Source: Octopus sinensis
Lineage: Eukaryota
DNA length: 21,925 nucleotides
NCBI RefSeq assembly: GCF_006345805.1
Contig: NW_021837016.1
Span: 1-21,925, forward strand
Direction of reading: 5' to 3'
Position 1 is the first letter of the stretch. Each line of letters begins with the position of its first letter. Under the pieces are notes generated by a model. It did no database searches. It saw only the letters and a list, made by a program, of their open reading frames with translations, and was not told the DNA's origin. Below, piece after piece: positions 9,431 through 20,695 of this stretch. Both the position numbers and the translations under genes were made by a program.

Positions 9431-9990
9431 TGCCCTGATGCAGTACCAGGCAGTGGCTCTCATGGCTTCTGATCTTAACTGATTGGAAGTGTTATCGTGT
9501 ACATTGTTTTGTCTTGGTATAAAAGATGGGCTACAGCAAATATTCTGCTCAATACCAGAGATTTGCTTGTCAGTTGTTTGACCTTAACCAGTTGAGCATG
9601 TCCCTTAGTGGCTGACGATATGTGCATCTCTGATCACGAGCAGAAGTAGTGGGGGAGCATCATAGCCATGTGTTGAGAAGGATTCTTTGGGGTTTGAATA
9701 ATTCACCTCTGGAAACATGGGTGTTTCGTTCAACGTCCTTAAACAACCCTTATTCAGGGACCTTTTGAGTGGGATGGGCTACTTGATCTGAAGAAATTTC
9801 TAACTGGGCCCCACCTGCAAGGTCATGCGCTATTTATCTTGATATGAGATCACCATGTTACGCACATATTGTTGTGATGCCTGGTGTACCCTTATCAGAC
9901 GGGTAGTCATGATGGGTATATTGGGCTTCGTATATCTTAACCCAGTGTCACTTTGACGGCATGCACTGCTCTCTTTCTCTCGCACTCACT
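9431..9990 (-). repeat. Interspersed repeat of about 550 bp (family D), copy 1
   Basis: Inverted near-copy of 15118-15640 (e.g. CTTCTGCTCGTGATCAGAGATGCACATATCGTCAGCCACTAAGGGACATGCTC). Class and polarity not established. Confidence 0.85.
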
Positions 9991-10059
9991 CAATAATAAT
10001 AATAATATTAATAATAAATAAATAGATAACTAAATAAATAAGTGAGAGTTCGTAAGCTG

Positions 10060-10150
10060 TTTGGCAGACACTTGCCCATGGTGTCGCACATTGAAATCGA
10101 ACACAGGATCAGGAGAGTACGCAGCGCACTTATTAACCACACAGCTACGT
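10060..10150 (-). mobile_element. Degraded SINE head fragment
   Basis: Minus strand GTAGCTGTGTGGTTAA...GTGTTCGATTTC...CACCATGGGCAAGTGTCT resembles the family A head. Confidence 0.5.
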
Positions 10151-10611
10151 TCTTTACAACTGCAGGTTTTACAATTAACCCCTCCTCCTCCTCCTCTGTT
10201 TAAATAAGACGTTCAATCAACTCTGTCCGGCAAATATGTTTGCGTTGTGGTTTTTCTAGTGAGTGTTTGGAAGTGAGTAATTATATTGTCACTTTATCAA
10301 GACGTATAATTAAGGTTTACACTTTATTCTAGCGAAGGCTGGATCGGGGTGGTGTGTGTGTATGTGGGTGGCCTTGTATGGTGGTGGTGGTGGTGGTGGT
10401 GGTAGTGATGGTTGGAGAGGTAAATCCCATTCTAGATTATATAAATCGCAAAATTACTATTGATTTATATCAAAATGTAATCAAATAATATCTGTTTTAA
10501 TTCGGAACCTGTAATTACAAGATTTCCATTTACAAAGCAACCATTTGTCATAGGAATGGTAAAATATCGCTTCGGCTCGATTTTATTTAATTTATTTTAT
10601 TTTTTTAATCT

Positions 10612-10800
10612 TTTACTTGCCCATGCTAGGGCAATGCTTTGATGGATTTGGACTGAAGAACAAATCATCCCCAGTAGTTTAAAAAAAAAATTTTTTAGAA
10701 CATACTTATTCGATCGGTCTCTTTGCCCAAACAGCTATGTTACTGCGATGTAAACAAACCAACACCGGTCGTCAAGTGATAATAGGTGACAAATACATCA
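10612..10800 (-). mobile_element. Degraded 3' half of a family A SINE
   Basis: CCATGCTAGGGCAA...ATCGGTCTCTTTGCCCAAACAGCTA...ACCGGTCGTCAAGTGA parallels 7250-7395. Confidence 0.55.
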
Positions 10801-10815
10801 CACACGCACATATTA

Positions 10816-10816
10816 T

Positions 10817-10864
<48 letters not shown>

Positions 10865-10887
10865 ATATATATATATATATATATATA

Positions 10888-10938
<51 letters not shown>

Positions 10939-10963
10939 TTCTTTCTCTATCTATCTATCTATC
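10816..10963. repeat. (TCTA)n-(TA)n-(TCTG)n compound microsatellite
   Basis: Directly visible. Confidence 0.95.
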
Positions 10964-11804
10964 TGGGTCAATCTTGAGCGACTTCAACACAGCCAAAGCA
11001 TTCTATAGGGGATTAGTGGAGGGGAGGTACGACGACGAGCTAGGTACGAACCTGGACGTCGACGAGGAATACCTGACCAGCCTGTTCAGGACGTCTTTCA
11101 GGCCAGGACCCATGGATAACTTCCAGATATCCCTGGCCTGGCAGTGCTACCGAGAAGCGCTACCCGTTTGGGATAAGCTCTACAGACACGGCTCGAGAAA
11201 CACGGGGCCTACCTGCCTGAGATGAGGTCAGAGCGACGAAACCGTTCTGCACGAACTCGTACAGTGTCCAACCATTTCCGACCTGTGGGCTTATGTCGAA
11301 CGACTGCTGTCACGTGTGGGACGAGTCGGTTTATCAGCCGAGTCTGTCGTCAATATTGTCACGCCTCCTTCCTTCAAACGGGAAGGAAGAGCTATTTTCA
11401 TCATTCTTGTGGCTATGGCGAAAGAATGTATCTGGTGGACACGTCTGAAATTATAGGAGACAAACACTTTCCTCTCTGGTCAATCTCTCATCAACTTCTT
11501 CAAGTATCACTTGAAAAGGAAAGTGAGAGTAGAGAGGCAAGTTTTGTCTATTGAATGTTTCAAAAAATGATGGGTGAATGTAGCAAGGATGGCATGTATG
11601 AATGACGAAACCACCTTCAGCATAATCCTATGAACCCGGAAAAATTTTAAACAGAGGGTTATTTTCTTGCAAACAAATGTATTAACATGTGACATTATGG
11701 ACCGAGGTTACCGTGGTCTTTTCCCAGTTTTTTTTCTCCACAGAAAAGCTCTACTTTGTAATCTGTCCCGTCTGTGTGCAGCCCTGTGAGGCTAATAAAG
11801 AAAC
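10964..11804 (+). mobile_element. 5'-truncated Tx1/L1-clade LINE 3' fragment (ORF2 C-terminus with CCHC zinc motif, 3' UTR), inactivated
   Basis: One frame reads FNTAKAFYRGL...LPVWDKLYRHG...TCLR*GQSDETVLHELVQCPTISDLW...AKECIWWTR...FKK*WV...IIL* (ends 11633). This is a zf-RVT-type CxxC...H...C motif with 3 premature stops. AATAAA at 11794-11799, then (TATC)n. Confidence 0.8.
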
Positions 11805-11829
11805 ATATCTATCTGTCTATCTATCTATT

Positions 11830-12345
11830 GTTTCCGGTTCCGACATCTCTCTTCTTTCCCCCACACGGTTAATGAAGCCATTAAATTTAAACGTAACTTC
11901 ATCACTGCAAACAATTTTTGTTGCAAAATGTGCATCTTCTGCACATCTTGCCAGGCACCACTCGCAAAACACAACTCTTCGACCCGGAGACCATCCTTGT
12001 AGACAACATGGACTATTTTTGGAATGTAATTTTTCCAATGACATCGTTGAAAATTTCATTGATGCTTGATTTTAAAATGTCTGTCTCACGACTTGCTTGC
12101 CACAGTTTTCTTTTCTAGAACCTAATTCTTTGTGGGAACTGTCGACGTCCTTTCTCTTTAGAATGTTTCTTGTGAACATTATCAACAATTTCATCTGCTT
12201 CAAACTTACTGTATTTCTAAATTAAGTGATGGTAAATCACGTAGGTAGATCTGTCTGAAACTCCCTTCTAAACTGTCTTTGCATTTCGACTGCATTTTGA
12301 AACTTCCGGTAGCACTTTGTGATAAATCTCCTTAGTTCAAAGTTT
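11830..12345 (-). mobile_element. Tc1/mariner-superfamily transposase remnant (N-terminal HTH to first catalytic Asp)
   Basis: Minus frames give ITKCYRKFQNAVEMQRQFRREFQTDLPT, KFEADEIVDNVHKKHS and [10 protein letters not shown]...[18 protein letters not shown] (SDE motif), with frameshifts and stops. Confidence 0.78.
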
Positions 12346-12374
12346 AGCCTGACACTATTTTTTTTTTAATGGTT

Positions 12375-12591
12375 TAAGGCAGCGAGCTACCAGAGTGGCT
12401 AGCACGCTGGACGAAATTCTTAGAACCATTTTGGCCATCTTTACATACTTAGTTCAGCTTCCACCGAGGCCAGCTTTGCATTCCATCTTTTCGAGTCGAT
12501 AAAACAAGTACCAGCTGAGCACTAGGGTCGATGTAACTGATTGGAACCCCTCCCTACCCAAAATTTCAAGCTTTGTACCTCAGTAGAAAGA
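12375..12591 (+). mobile_element. SINE (family C) with (ATT)n tail at 12592-12638
   Basis: TAAGGCAGCGAGCT head and AGTAGAAAG end shared with the other family C copies. Confidence 0.8.
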
Positions 12592-12638
12592 ATTATTATT
12601 GTTGTTGTTATTAATATTATTATTATTATTATTATTAA

Positions 12639-15105
12639 TACACTGGATCTCTGCTTCACAAATGACATGGATCTCATCCATAATGTGAAAGTGACACCGA
12701 CACTACTCTCGGATCACAACATGATAGAGCTGACCATGTACGGGCCAAAAGAGAGCACGGACATGCAGCCTACAAGAAACCCCCAGAATCTTTCCAGCTT
12801 GAACTACCATAAGGCAAACTGGAAACAAATTGAGAAAGAGATCCTCAAACAAAACTGGCCTAAATGTCTCTCCTCGCCAGACATCGACGTGAAACTTCAA
12901 CAATTCATGTCTGTAATGCAAGCCATATGCTACAAATGTGTCCCAGAGAGAAAGGCCACTGTACACAAGAACAAAATCCCCAGAGAGAGGAAAATTTTAA
13001 TGAGACGGCGTACAAAATTTTCAAATCGCCTAAACAAACAATTGAAAGCAGTGAAAAGTCCCGCCTAAAAATAAAACTGTTGGAAATCGAAAAATGTCTG
13101 CAACTCTCCCATGAAAAGGAAGAGCAGACAAAGAAGCCTGGGCTATAGACAACATAAAATCTAACCCCAGAGCTTTCTACAGGTATGCCAAAGAAACAGC
13201 TACGGTGCACTGTAGAATAGGGCCACTCCTCGAAAAGGATGGCACACTTACAGGAAAAACCAATGAGGGTAAGTGAAATACTGAATGAGCAATTCAAGAG
13301 TGTTTTCACTCCACCCCTTGGGCATCTCCAAATCACCAATCCAACTGACTTTTTTACCACTGCAGATATAAAATCAGAGGCGGCGACGATAGATTACATC
13401 GATATAAAGGAAGACGATGTAATCAAGGCTATAGATGAAATGAAAACAGACTCAGCTACTGGCCCCGATGGATTCCCGCAATCCTCCTAAAAGCATGTAA
13501 GAGAGTCCTAGCAAGACCACTGCAGTTCCTCTTTCAGAGCTTCTTGCAGCTGGCAAACTTCCAAGAAAACTGAAGGAAGGTAAAATATGCCCCATTCATA
13601 AAGGAGGTAGCAGAGCGGAAGCCAAGAACTATAGACCTATCTCTCTGACCTCACACATCAGCAAGGTCATGGAACGAATAGTCAGAAGGAAGCTGATCAC
13701 CTTCCTTGAAGAGAATGACTTGCTGCCCGACACCCAACATGGTTTCCGACCAGGGAGAAGCTGTTTATCTCAGCTCCTACAACACTATGACTGGGTGCTG
13801 AAACGGCTGCTCAACCACTCAAATGTGGAAGTGATATATCTCGACTTTGCAAAGGCCTTGATAAAGTCGATCATGGAATGATATGTCACAAACTGCGTGA
13901 TCTCAACATAGTTGGAAAACTGGGAGAATGGCTTCATGACTTTCTGAAAGATAGAAGTCAGGTGGTAGTGGCCAATGGGGCCACTTCCATTAACACGCAA
14001 ATAGTGAGCGGTGTTCCGCAGGGCACTGTTCTGGGACCACTACTGTTCATAATGGCCCTCTCAGACATGCCCTCAGCCACGCAGAGAGCCACGATCACAA
14101 GTTATGCAGATGATACAAAAGTTTCACAGGCAATACAGAACCCTGAGGACACTAAACACCTGCAATGTGAGCTAGACAAAATATACAAGTGGGCCGAAAA
14201 GAATAGCATGCAGTTCAATGCTGAAAAGTTTCAAGCTCTATACTATCAGCATGCAAAACTAAATGCAATACCCAATCAATACACTGGACCCGGAGGAATA
14301 GCAATCCCAGAGGCACAATCAGTGCGTGACCTAGGTATTTACATGAGTGATGACGCACCTTTCGTGTACATGTTGCTAAATTGGCAATGAAATGTAGACG
14401 ACTGGCCGGATGGATCCTCAGAACCTTTAGAACAAGAGAACAAGAAACCATGATGGTCCTCTGGAGGACACTTGTCCTAAGCCACTTTGACTATTGCTCT
14501 CAGCTATGGTCACCATCCAGTGTCAAGTTGATCACAGAGCTCGAGGCGATCCAACGTAGCTACACGAAGAAGATAGCCTCTATGCAGAATGTAAGCTACT
14601 GGGAAAGACTCAAGAGATTAAAACTATATTCCCTGGAGCGTAGGCGGGAAAGATATGCCATAATATACATCTGGAAGATCCTGGAGGGAAGTGTCCTGAA
14701 CTTTGGCATCGAGAGTAACGCAAATGCCAGAACTGGGCGCCACTGCGTGGTGCCTAGGACTCCAAACCTGCCATCAAGATGTAGGACAAGATTCTGTGAT
14801 AGCCTGGGCTTCCGAGGCCCACAGCTCTTCAATATCCTCCCGAAGAACCTGAGAGACCTGCATGGGGTGGATGCAGATGTCTTTAAAATGAAGCTGGATC
14901 TCTTCCTGTCAGGTGTCCCAGATGAACCAACTTCACGGCAGGAGGGGCAGATGAGGGCAGCTGCATCGAACTCTCTCATGCACCAAATAGCAGTTGCTAG
15001 AAAGCCTTCATTAAGTGAAACCAAGTAGCAACACCAAATGGCGGTGCCCCAGCATGGCCACAGCTCATAAGCTGAAACTAGAATCAATCAATCAATCAAT
15101 CAATC
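12639..15105 (+). mobile_element. 5'-truncated CR1-group non-LTR retrotransposon (end of APE domain, reverse transcriptase, 3' UTR, (AATC)6 tail); frameshifted in this sequence
   Basis: APE end LDLCFTN...LSDHNMI; RT motifs ATGPDG, NYRPISLTSHISKVMERIV, QHGFRPGRSCLSQLL, VIYLDFAKA, SGVPQGTVLGPLLFI and YADDTK; C-terminal LEAIQR...LERRRERY; stop at 15028; (AATC)n at 15082-15105. Split over about 7 frameshifts. Confidence 0.93.
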
Positions 15106-15117
15106 ATTATTATTATT

Positions 15118-15640
15118 GACTGAGAGAGCAGTTCATGCCATCAAAATGACACTGGGGTAAAATATACGAAGCCCAGTATATCCACCATGGCTACCCGTCT
15201 GGTAAGGGTACACCAGGCACATGCATCACAACCATATGTGCGCGACATGGTGATCTCATATCAAGATAAACAGCATATGACCTTGCAGGTGGGGCCCAGT
15301 TAGAAATTTCTGCAGGTTGAGTAGCCCATTCCGCTCAAAAGGTCCCTGAATAAGGGTTGTTTAAGGATGCTGAACGAAACACCCATGTTTCCAGAGGTGA
15401 ATTATTCAAACCCCAAAGAATCCCTCTCAACACATGGTTATGATGCTCCCCCACTACTTCTGCTCGTGATCAGAGATGCACATATCGTCAGCCACTAAGG
15501 GACATGCTCCACTGGTTACGGTCAAACAACTGACAAGCAAATCTGTGGTATTGAGCAGAATATTTGCTGTAAAACCCATCTTTTATACCAAGATAAAACA
15601 ATGTACATGATAACACTTCCAAATGTACATGATAACACTT
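15118..15640 (+). repeat. Interspersed repeat (family D), copy 2
   Basis: Inverted near-copy of about 9490-9990; ends in a 19-bp local duplication. Confidence 0.85.
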
Positions 15641-15705
15641 TATTATTGCTATTGTTATTGTTATTATTATTATTATTATTATATTATTATTATTATTATT
15701 ATTAT

Positions 15706-15912
15706 TAAGGCAGCGAGCTGGCCGAATCGTTAGTGAGCCGGACAAAATGTTCAGCGGCATTTCGCCCATCTAAGTTCAAATTCCGACAGACTCGATTTTG
15801 CCCTTCATCCTTTCGAGGTCAATGAAATAAGTACCAGTTGAGCACTGGGGTCGGTGTAATTGGCTGTCCCCTTCTCCCAAAATTGCTGGCCTTGTGCCCA
15901 TTGTAGAAAGAA
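15706..15912 (+). mobile_element. SINE (family C)
   Basis: TAAGGCAGCGAGCTGGCCGAATCG...AAGTTCAAATTCC...GTAGAAAG; preceded by (ATT)n. Confidence 0.82.
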
Positions 15913-15974
15913 TTGTATCTAATGGGTTAAATCTAAAAAGAAATGAAAATTCAGCTCTTACAGGATGTAAAACC

Positions 15975-16465
15975 TTTTTGGAAAACCGTATGCATTTGAA
16001 AGAATTTAAAAGAGGTTTTTACGGGGGTTATTGAATGGGTTCAGCTGTTAATGGGTTCTGGGTTAAAAGGTTGGAAAGGAGTTTAAATGGGTTCTGCTGT
16101 AAAAAGGTAGGAAACTGCTGACCTAGATAGACTGGCCCTTTAAAGAAGTGAAGAGACCTGGTAAGAAACTTTTTTAGAAAACCCTGCGGATTTGAAAGAA
16201 ATTAAAGAGGTTTACGGGGGTTATTGAATTTACCAAAATGGGTTCTTCTGTTGAAAGATTGGAAAGTGCTGATCTAGATAGACTAGCCCTTTAAAGAAGT
16301 GAATAGGTCTGGCAAGAAAGTTTTTTTTTAGAAAACCCTGCGAATTTGAAAGAAATTAAAGAGGTTTATGGGGGTTATTGAATTTACCAAAATGGGTTCT
16401 TCTGTTGAAAGATTGGAAAGTGCTGATCTAGACAGACTGGCCTTTAAAGAAGTGAAGAGACCTGA
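15975..16465. repeat. Tandem repeat, ~154-bp unit (two close copies plus one diverged, longer copy)
   Basis: GAAAACC landmark at 15981, 16177 and 16331; shared GGGGGTTATTGAAT, CTAGATAGACT and TTTAAAGAAGTGAA blocks. Confidence 0.85.
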
Positions 16466-17214
16466 TAAAGATCACATCAAAGAATCTTTTGCTTGATACC
16501 GACCATTGATTTCTTAGTTGTTTCTTCAGGTACCTCATCGATCTTCGGTAACGAAGTCTCACCTGATGTATAGAAATAACAAAGTATTGGTTTATTTTGA
16601 TGGAGCACGTCTGTGTTTGGAAAGATAGATATAATCGATAGATAAATCAATAGCTAAATTCGCACAGCTGGTTCAGTGGATAACAGACAGGTTAGTTGGT
16701 GGGCTGGCTGGCTGGTGGTCTGATTGGTTTGCTGGTTGGACGGATGGTTGGTGGATGGAAGGCCGGAGTGGTTTGATTGTGAAGGTTGTGATTATATTAG
16801 GGGCCAATCTATTTCACAATGATAGGTTCTCAGTGCGAAACCGTGTAATTGATTGACGGAGAAGTAAAAATAAAAATATAAAATTTACAGCTTAAACCAA
16901 AAAAAGAAAGAAAAGAAAATGTCAGACGAAGAAGTTTCAAGCTTGTAATTAAATTAAACAGACAATAAAAAAAAGTTATGTTGTTAGATTAAACTGTCCA
17001 CGTCCAAAAGAATGCCATTTGACTGATTGGTAAATATTGAATCAACAACAACAATACACTACGGCAATTATCTCTTCGATTTCCCTGTTCGATCTCTTTT
17101 AAAATGGCGTCCGTCTCACACATTTCGATTTGTTACTTCTATGGCTTCACTCTCTATTCCGCACACGCATACCGTTCGTCTCTCCTCACACTCTACTCGT
17201 GTCCACCTCTTCCT

Positions 17215-17560
17215 TCTTCTCCTTCCTTCCTCCTTCCCTTCCTTCTTGCCTTCTCCTCCTCCTCCTTCATGCCACTTTCTCTTCCTTCCTGCTTCCTTTT
17301 CCTCTACTCCTCTCTCTTCCCTTCTCCTTTCTCCTCTCTCCGCTCTCCCTTCGCCTCTCCCTCTTTTTCCCTTTCTCCTCCTGATTCTCCTTCTCCTCCC
17401 TATTCTCCGTCTTTTCCTTCTCCGTCTTTTCCTTCATTTCCTTTCCGTCACCTTGTTTCCCTCCTTTTCCTTCTCCTCCTCCTCCTTCCACTCCTCCTTT
17501 TACTCTCCTGCATCTTTTTCCTTGCCGCCTCCTTTTACTTTCCTGCATCGTCCTACATCT
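17215..17560. repeat. Pyrimidine-rich (CT/CTT) low-complexity tract
   Basis: Directly visible; accounts for the S/P/L/F-rich and E/K/R-rich ORFs at 17027-17770. Confidence 0.9.
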
Positions 17561-17770
17561 TCCTTGGACCCTTCCCGCATTGGTCCCCCCACCTCCACTG
17601 CAATTCAAACTCAACAACGAACAGAGCAGACGTGGGAAGGCAACTCCACACCCAAAACTCCAAGAAGCCACCTTTCTGTTTCTTTCTCTTATAAGGACAC
17701 AAAAGCAGGGAGGGCGAGAGTAGGTGTGTCAGAATTTCAACTTGCCATTTGTCTTTTGACCGTTTCCTAA

Positions 17771-18154
17771 ATCTCTCTCTATATAAACAGCAGTTTGTCT
17801 GTCTGCATGTCTGTGTGTCTGTTAGGTTGTACCCTCACCCTGACCACGGCTTTCACCGATTCTGATGAAACTTGACACACACATAGCCCAATGTCATAAT
17901 TCAAAACTAACGCAGCGAAAATTTTGAAAAGTTCCCCATTTCTGAAAAAAATCGATAATTCGACATGGGGTTGAGAATCAGAAACACAAACCACAGACTG
18001 TCTAGGGGACGCAACTCGACCTTTTTAACTCTCAAAAAAAAAATTACCATCATTTTTTTCCCATTTTTTTGCTATTTTTTGGCTATAACTCTCTAAAAAT
18101 GCTTTATAGTTATTTCCCTTACAAACCCGAGCAACGCCGGGCGATACTGCTAGT
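17771..18154 (-). mobile_element. Non-autonomous Helentron-associated (HINE-like) element, copy 2
   Basis: Minus strand starts ACTAGCAGTATCGCCCGGCGTTGCTCGGG and ends ACTGCTGTTTATATAGAGAGAGAT (short subterminal IR AGCAGT/ACTGCT). About 200 bp of the 3' part is near-identical to the 6256-6687 copy. Confidence 0.72.
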
Positions 18155-18290
18155 TCTAAATAATAAACAGCTACACAGCTTTTACCTCGTTGCTCGACAG
18201 GAATTTCCCATACTCTTCCAGCCTTTCCCATCATTAAGAGAATGAGATAAAAATCCAAGGCTGTGAATAGTTTTCAGAACATTTATAAAG

Positions 18291-18336
18291 AGGCCTTACA
18301 GCTGTTTCCGGAATATTTTATATATTCCTTCATCAT
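18291..18336 (-). ncRNA. Truncated Type I hammerhead-like relic (probably inactive)
   Basis: Minus strand: (A)UGAUGA-A-GGAAUAU-auaaa-AUAUUCC-G-GAAAC-AGCU-GUA-AGGCCU. C3 and the 5' strand of stem I are missing. Confidence 0.55.
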
Positions 18337-18766
18337 ACATACGGTGCGAGAAAATGTTTAAGTAATAATTATTGTAGAGAAGATATGAAATACACAGGGA
18401 AGTGAAGGAATGGAAACACACGTGAGATACGTATATATAAGTTTCCTGTACCTTGTGTGTGAGTACCAATGGTGATTATATTTGGTCATTCCTAGCCTAG
18501 AGTTTTGTAAGTGGTGTTATTCGATCGAGGAGTTATATATAATATATATAATAGTATATATATATATATATATATATACAAATTGAGATAGGGGTTGTAA
18601 ATGCAACCCTCACTTTTTATGTACATTCCTTATGTACACTGATTTGTTCTGCTTTTTTATATTTAACCCTACAGTCTCTTATGTGGTGGTTTAATAAAGT
18701 ATGTGATTGATTGATTATTATCTGGTAAGATTTTGATTTAAATGTATTTCTCCATTTTCTTATCTT

Positions 18767-18920
18767 GTATATATATATATATATAATATATATATTATAT
18801 ATATAATATATATATCATATGTATGTATGTATGTATGTTTGCATGTATGTATGTATGTATGTAGTATTTATACGTGTATGTATATATACGTATACATTTG
18901 CATGCATACGTATATACATA
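18767..18920. repeat. (TA)n/(TATG)n microsatellite
   Basis: Directly visible. Confidence 0.9.
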
Positions 18921-19330
18921 ATCTCTCCTGCAAGATCGGAAGGATATCATTAGTTAACTCACACTACACTGCCAAAATCGCAAGCCTCTTGTTCCCCCCA
19001 ACCATTTCTTTGCGGTCCCCTATTTTTTTTTCGTTTTGCTTTTACTATGTTGACTACATTCTCCACAATGACCACCTCATCAGAACTTCCTCTCTTATCC
19101 TTTAAAACCAAACACTTTTGTAACACATCCAGTGGAGTCATTACATTGCTTCTATGTCAAAGCATTATTTCGCAGAAACTTTAGAATTACTTCGATTTTC
19201 ATGACAACTTCGCCAAACCAATTGCCAACGTTAACAGAACCTTTTGACTTTACTCGGTTCTCTAATATCTCTAATCCTTATAATAATACAACCAAACACA
19301 ATATCGTTATTGCATTGCCGCTAAGTGCCA

Positions 19331-19396
19331 TCTCTCTCTCTCTCTCTCTTTCTCCATATATATATATATATGTATGTATATATTTATATATATATC

Positions 19397-19450
<54 letters not shown>

Positions 19451-19962
19451 TATCTTTATATATATATATATATCTTTATATATATAGATAATATGTATAT
19501 ATCGTTATGTATGTATATATATTTATATATATATATAAATACATATATATATCTTTATATATATATATATAGATATATGTATATATCTTTATGTAGTATA
19601 TATCTTTTATATATATATATAAATACATATATATATTTATATATATATATAGATATATATGTATATATCTTTCTGTATGTATATATCTTTTTATATATAT
19701 ATAAATACATATATATATCTTTATATATATATATATAGATATATATGTATATTTTATGTATGTATATATCTTTTATATATATATATATATATAAATACAT
19801 ATATATAATCTTTATATATATATATAGATATATATGTTATATATTTATGAATGTATATATCTTTTATTATATATATATATAAATACATATATATATATAG
19901 ATATATATGTATATATCTTTATGTATGTATATATCTTTTTATATATATATAAATACATTTAT

Positions 19963-19999
<37 letters not shown>

Positions 20000-20107
20000 C
20001 ATATATATATCTTTATATATAAATACATATATATATATATCTCATATATATATAGATATATATGTATTATTTTATGTATGTATATATCTTTTTATAGATA
20101 TATAAAC

Positions 20108-20155
<48 letters not shown>

Positions 20156-20165
20156 TGTGTGTGTG
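19331..20165. repeat. (TC)n-(TA)n tract with a higher-order 70-90 bp AT-rich minisatellite
   Basis: AAATACAT landmark at 19537, 19621, 19703, 19793, 19881 and 19951 inside TA repeats. Confidence 0.9.
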
Positions 20166-20625
20166 TAGCACTTTTAATCTCTTTTGCTGTGTTATAGATT
20201 AAACGTGCAAGACACACAGACGTCTGACTTTCGAGTATTTTCTTCTAAGTGGCATGGCCATCTTCCTTTGAACTTGTTAACAACAGGTTGTGTGAATGCG
20301 CGCGCGCGGTGTGTGTGGGTATATGTGTGTGTATGTAGTATGTACATCCCCGGTGTTACGTATGTGTATATAATATATTATATATATATATATATATAAT
20401 ATATATACATACAAATGTATCTGAATATATATACACTTATATATGGGAGTAAAAGACCGTATCAACATACATCTGTATGTATTTATGTATTTTGGGTGTA
20501 CATATATATATATTCGGATGAATATGGTACTTAAGTTGAGGCACCGGCATTTAGTACGGTATTATCCATACAATGTCATAAGTAAGGTGATTAAAATCGA
20601 AATAAGCAACAAGGATATCCAGAGG

Positions 20626-20695
20626 TAATGCAGTACGATCGTTTCATGCAATCATTACATCAATTTAAAATGTAGAGCTATCTTCGGCTGCACTA
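20626..20695 (-). ncRNA. Type I hammerhead-like motif of a second sequence family
   Basis: Minus strand: stem I UAGUGCAG/CUGCAUUA (8 bp); core CCGAAGA; imperfect stem II (UACAU/AUGUA distally, non-canonical base); GAA-AC-GAUC-GU-A. Predicted site between 20634 and 20633. Confidence 0.65.

Noticed and set aside
13878-15028. Host gene CDS
   Set aside because: These are reverse-transcriptase fragments of a 5'-truncated LINE with a simple-repeat tail.
17101-17109. AAAATGGCG YY1-like motif (also CGCCATTT near 518-526) as promoter evidence
   Set aside because: A short motif alone, with no downstream exon or other support.
17027-17770. 247-aa, 196-aa and 134-aa ORFs
   Set aside because: They arise from a CT-rich low-complexity tract.
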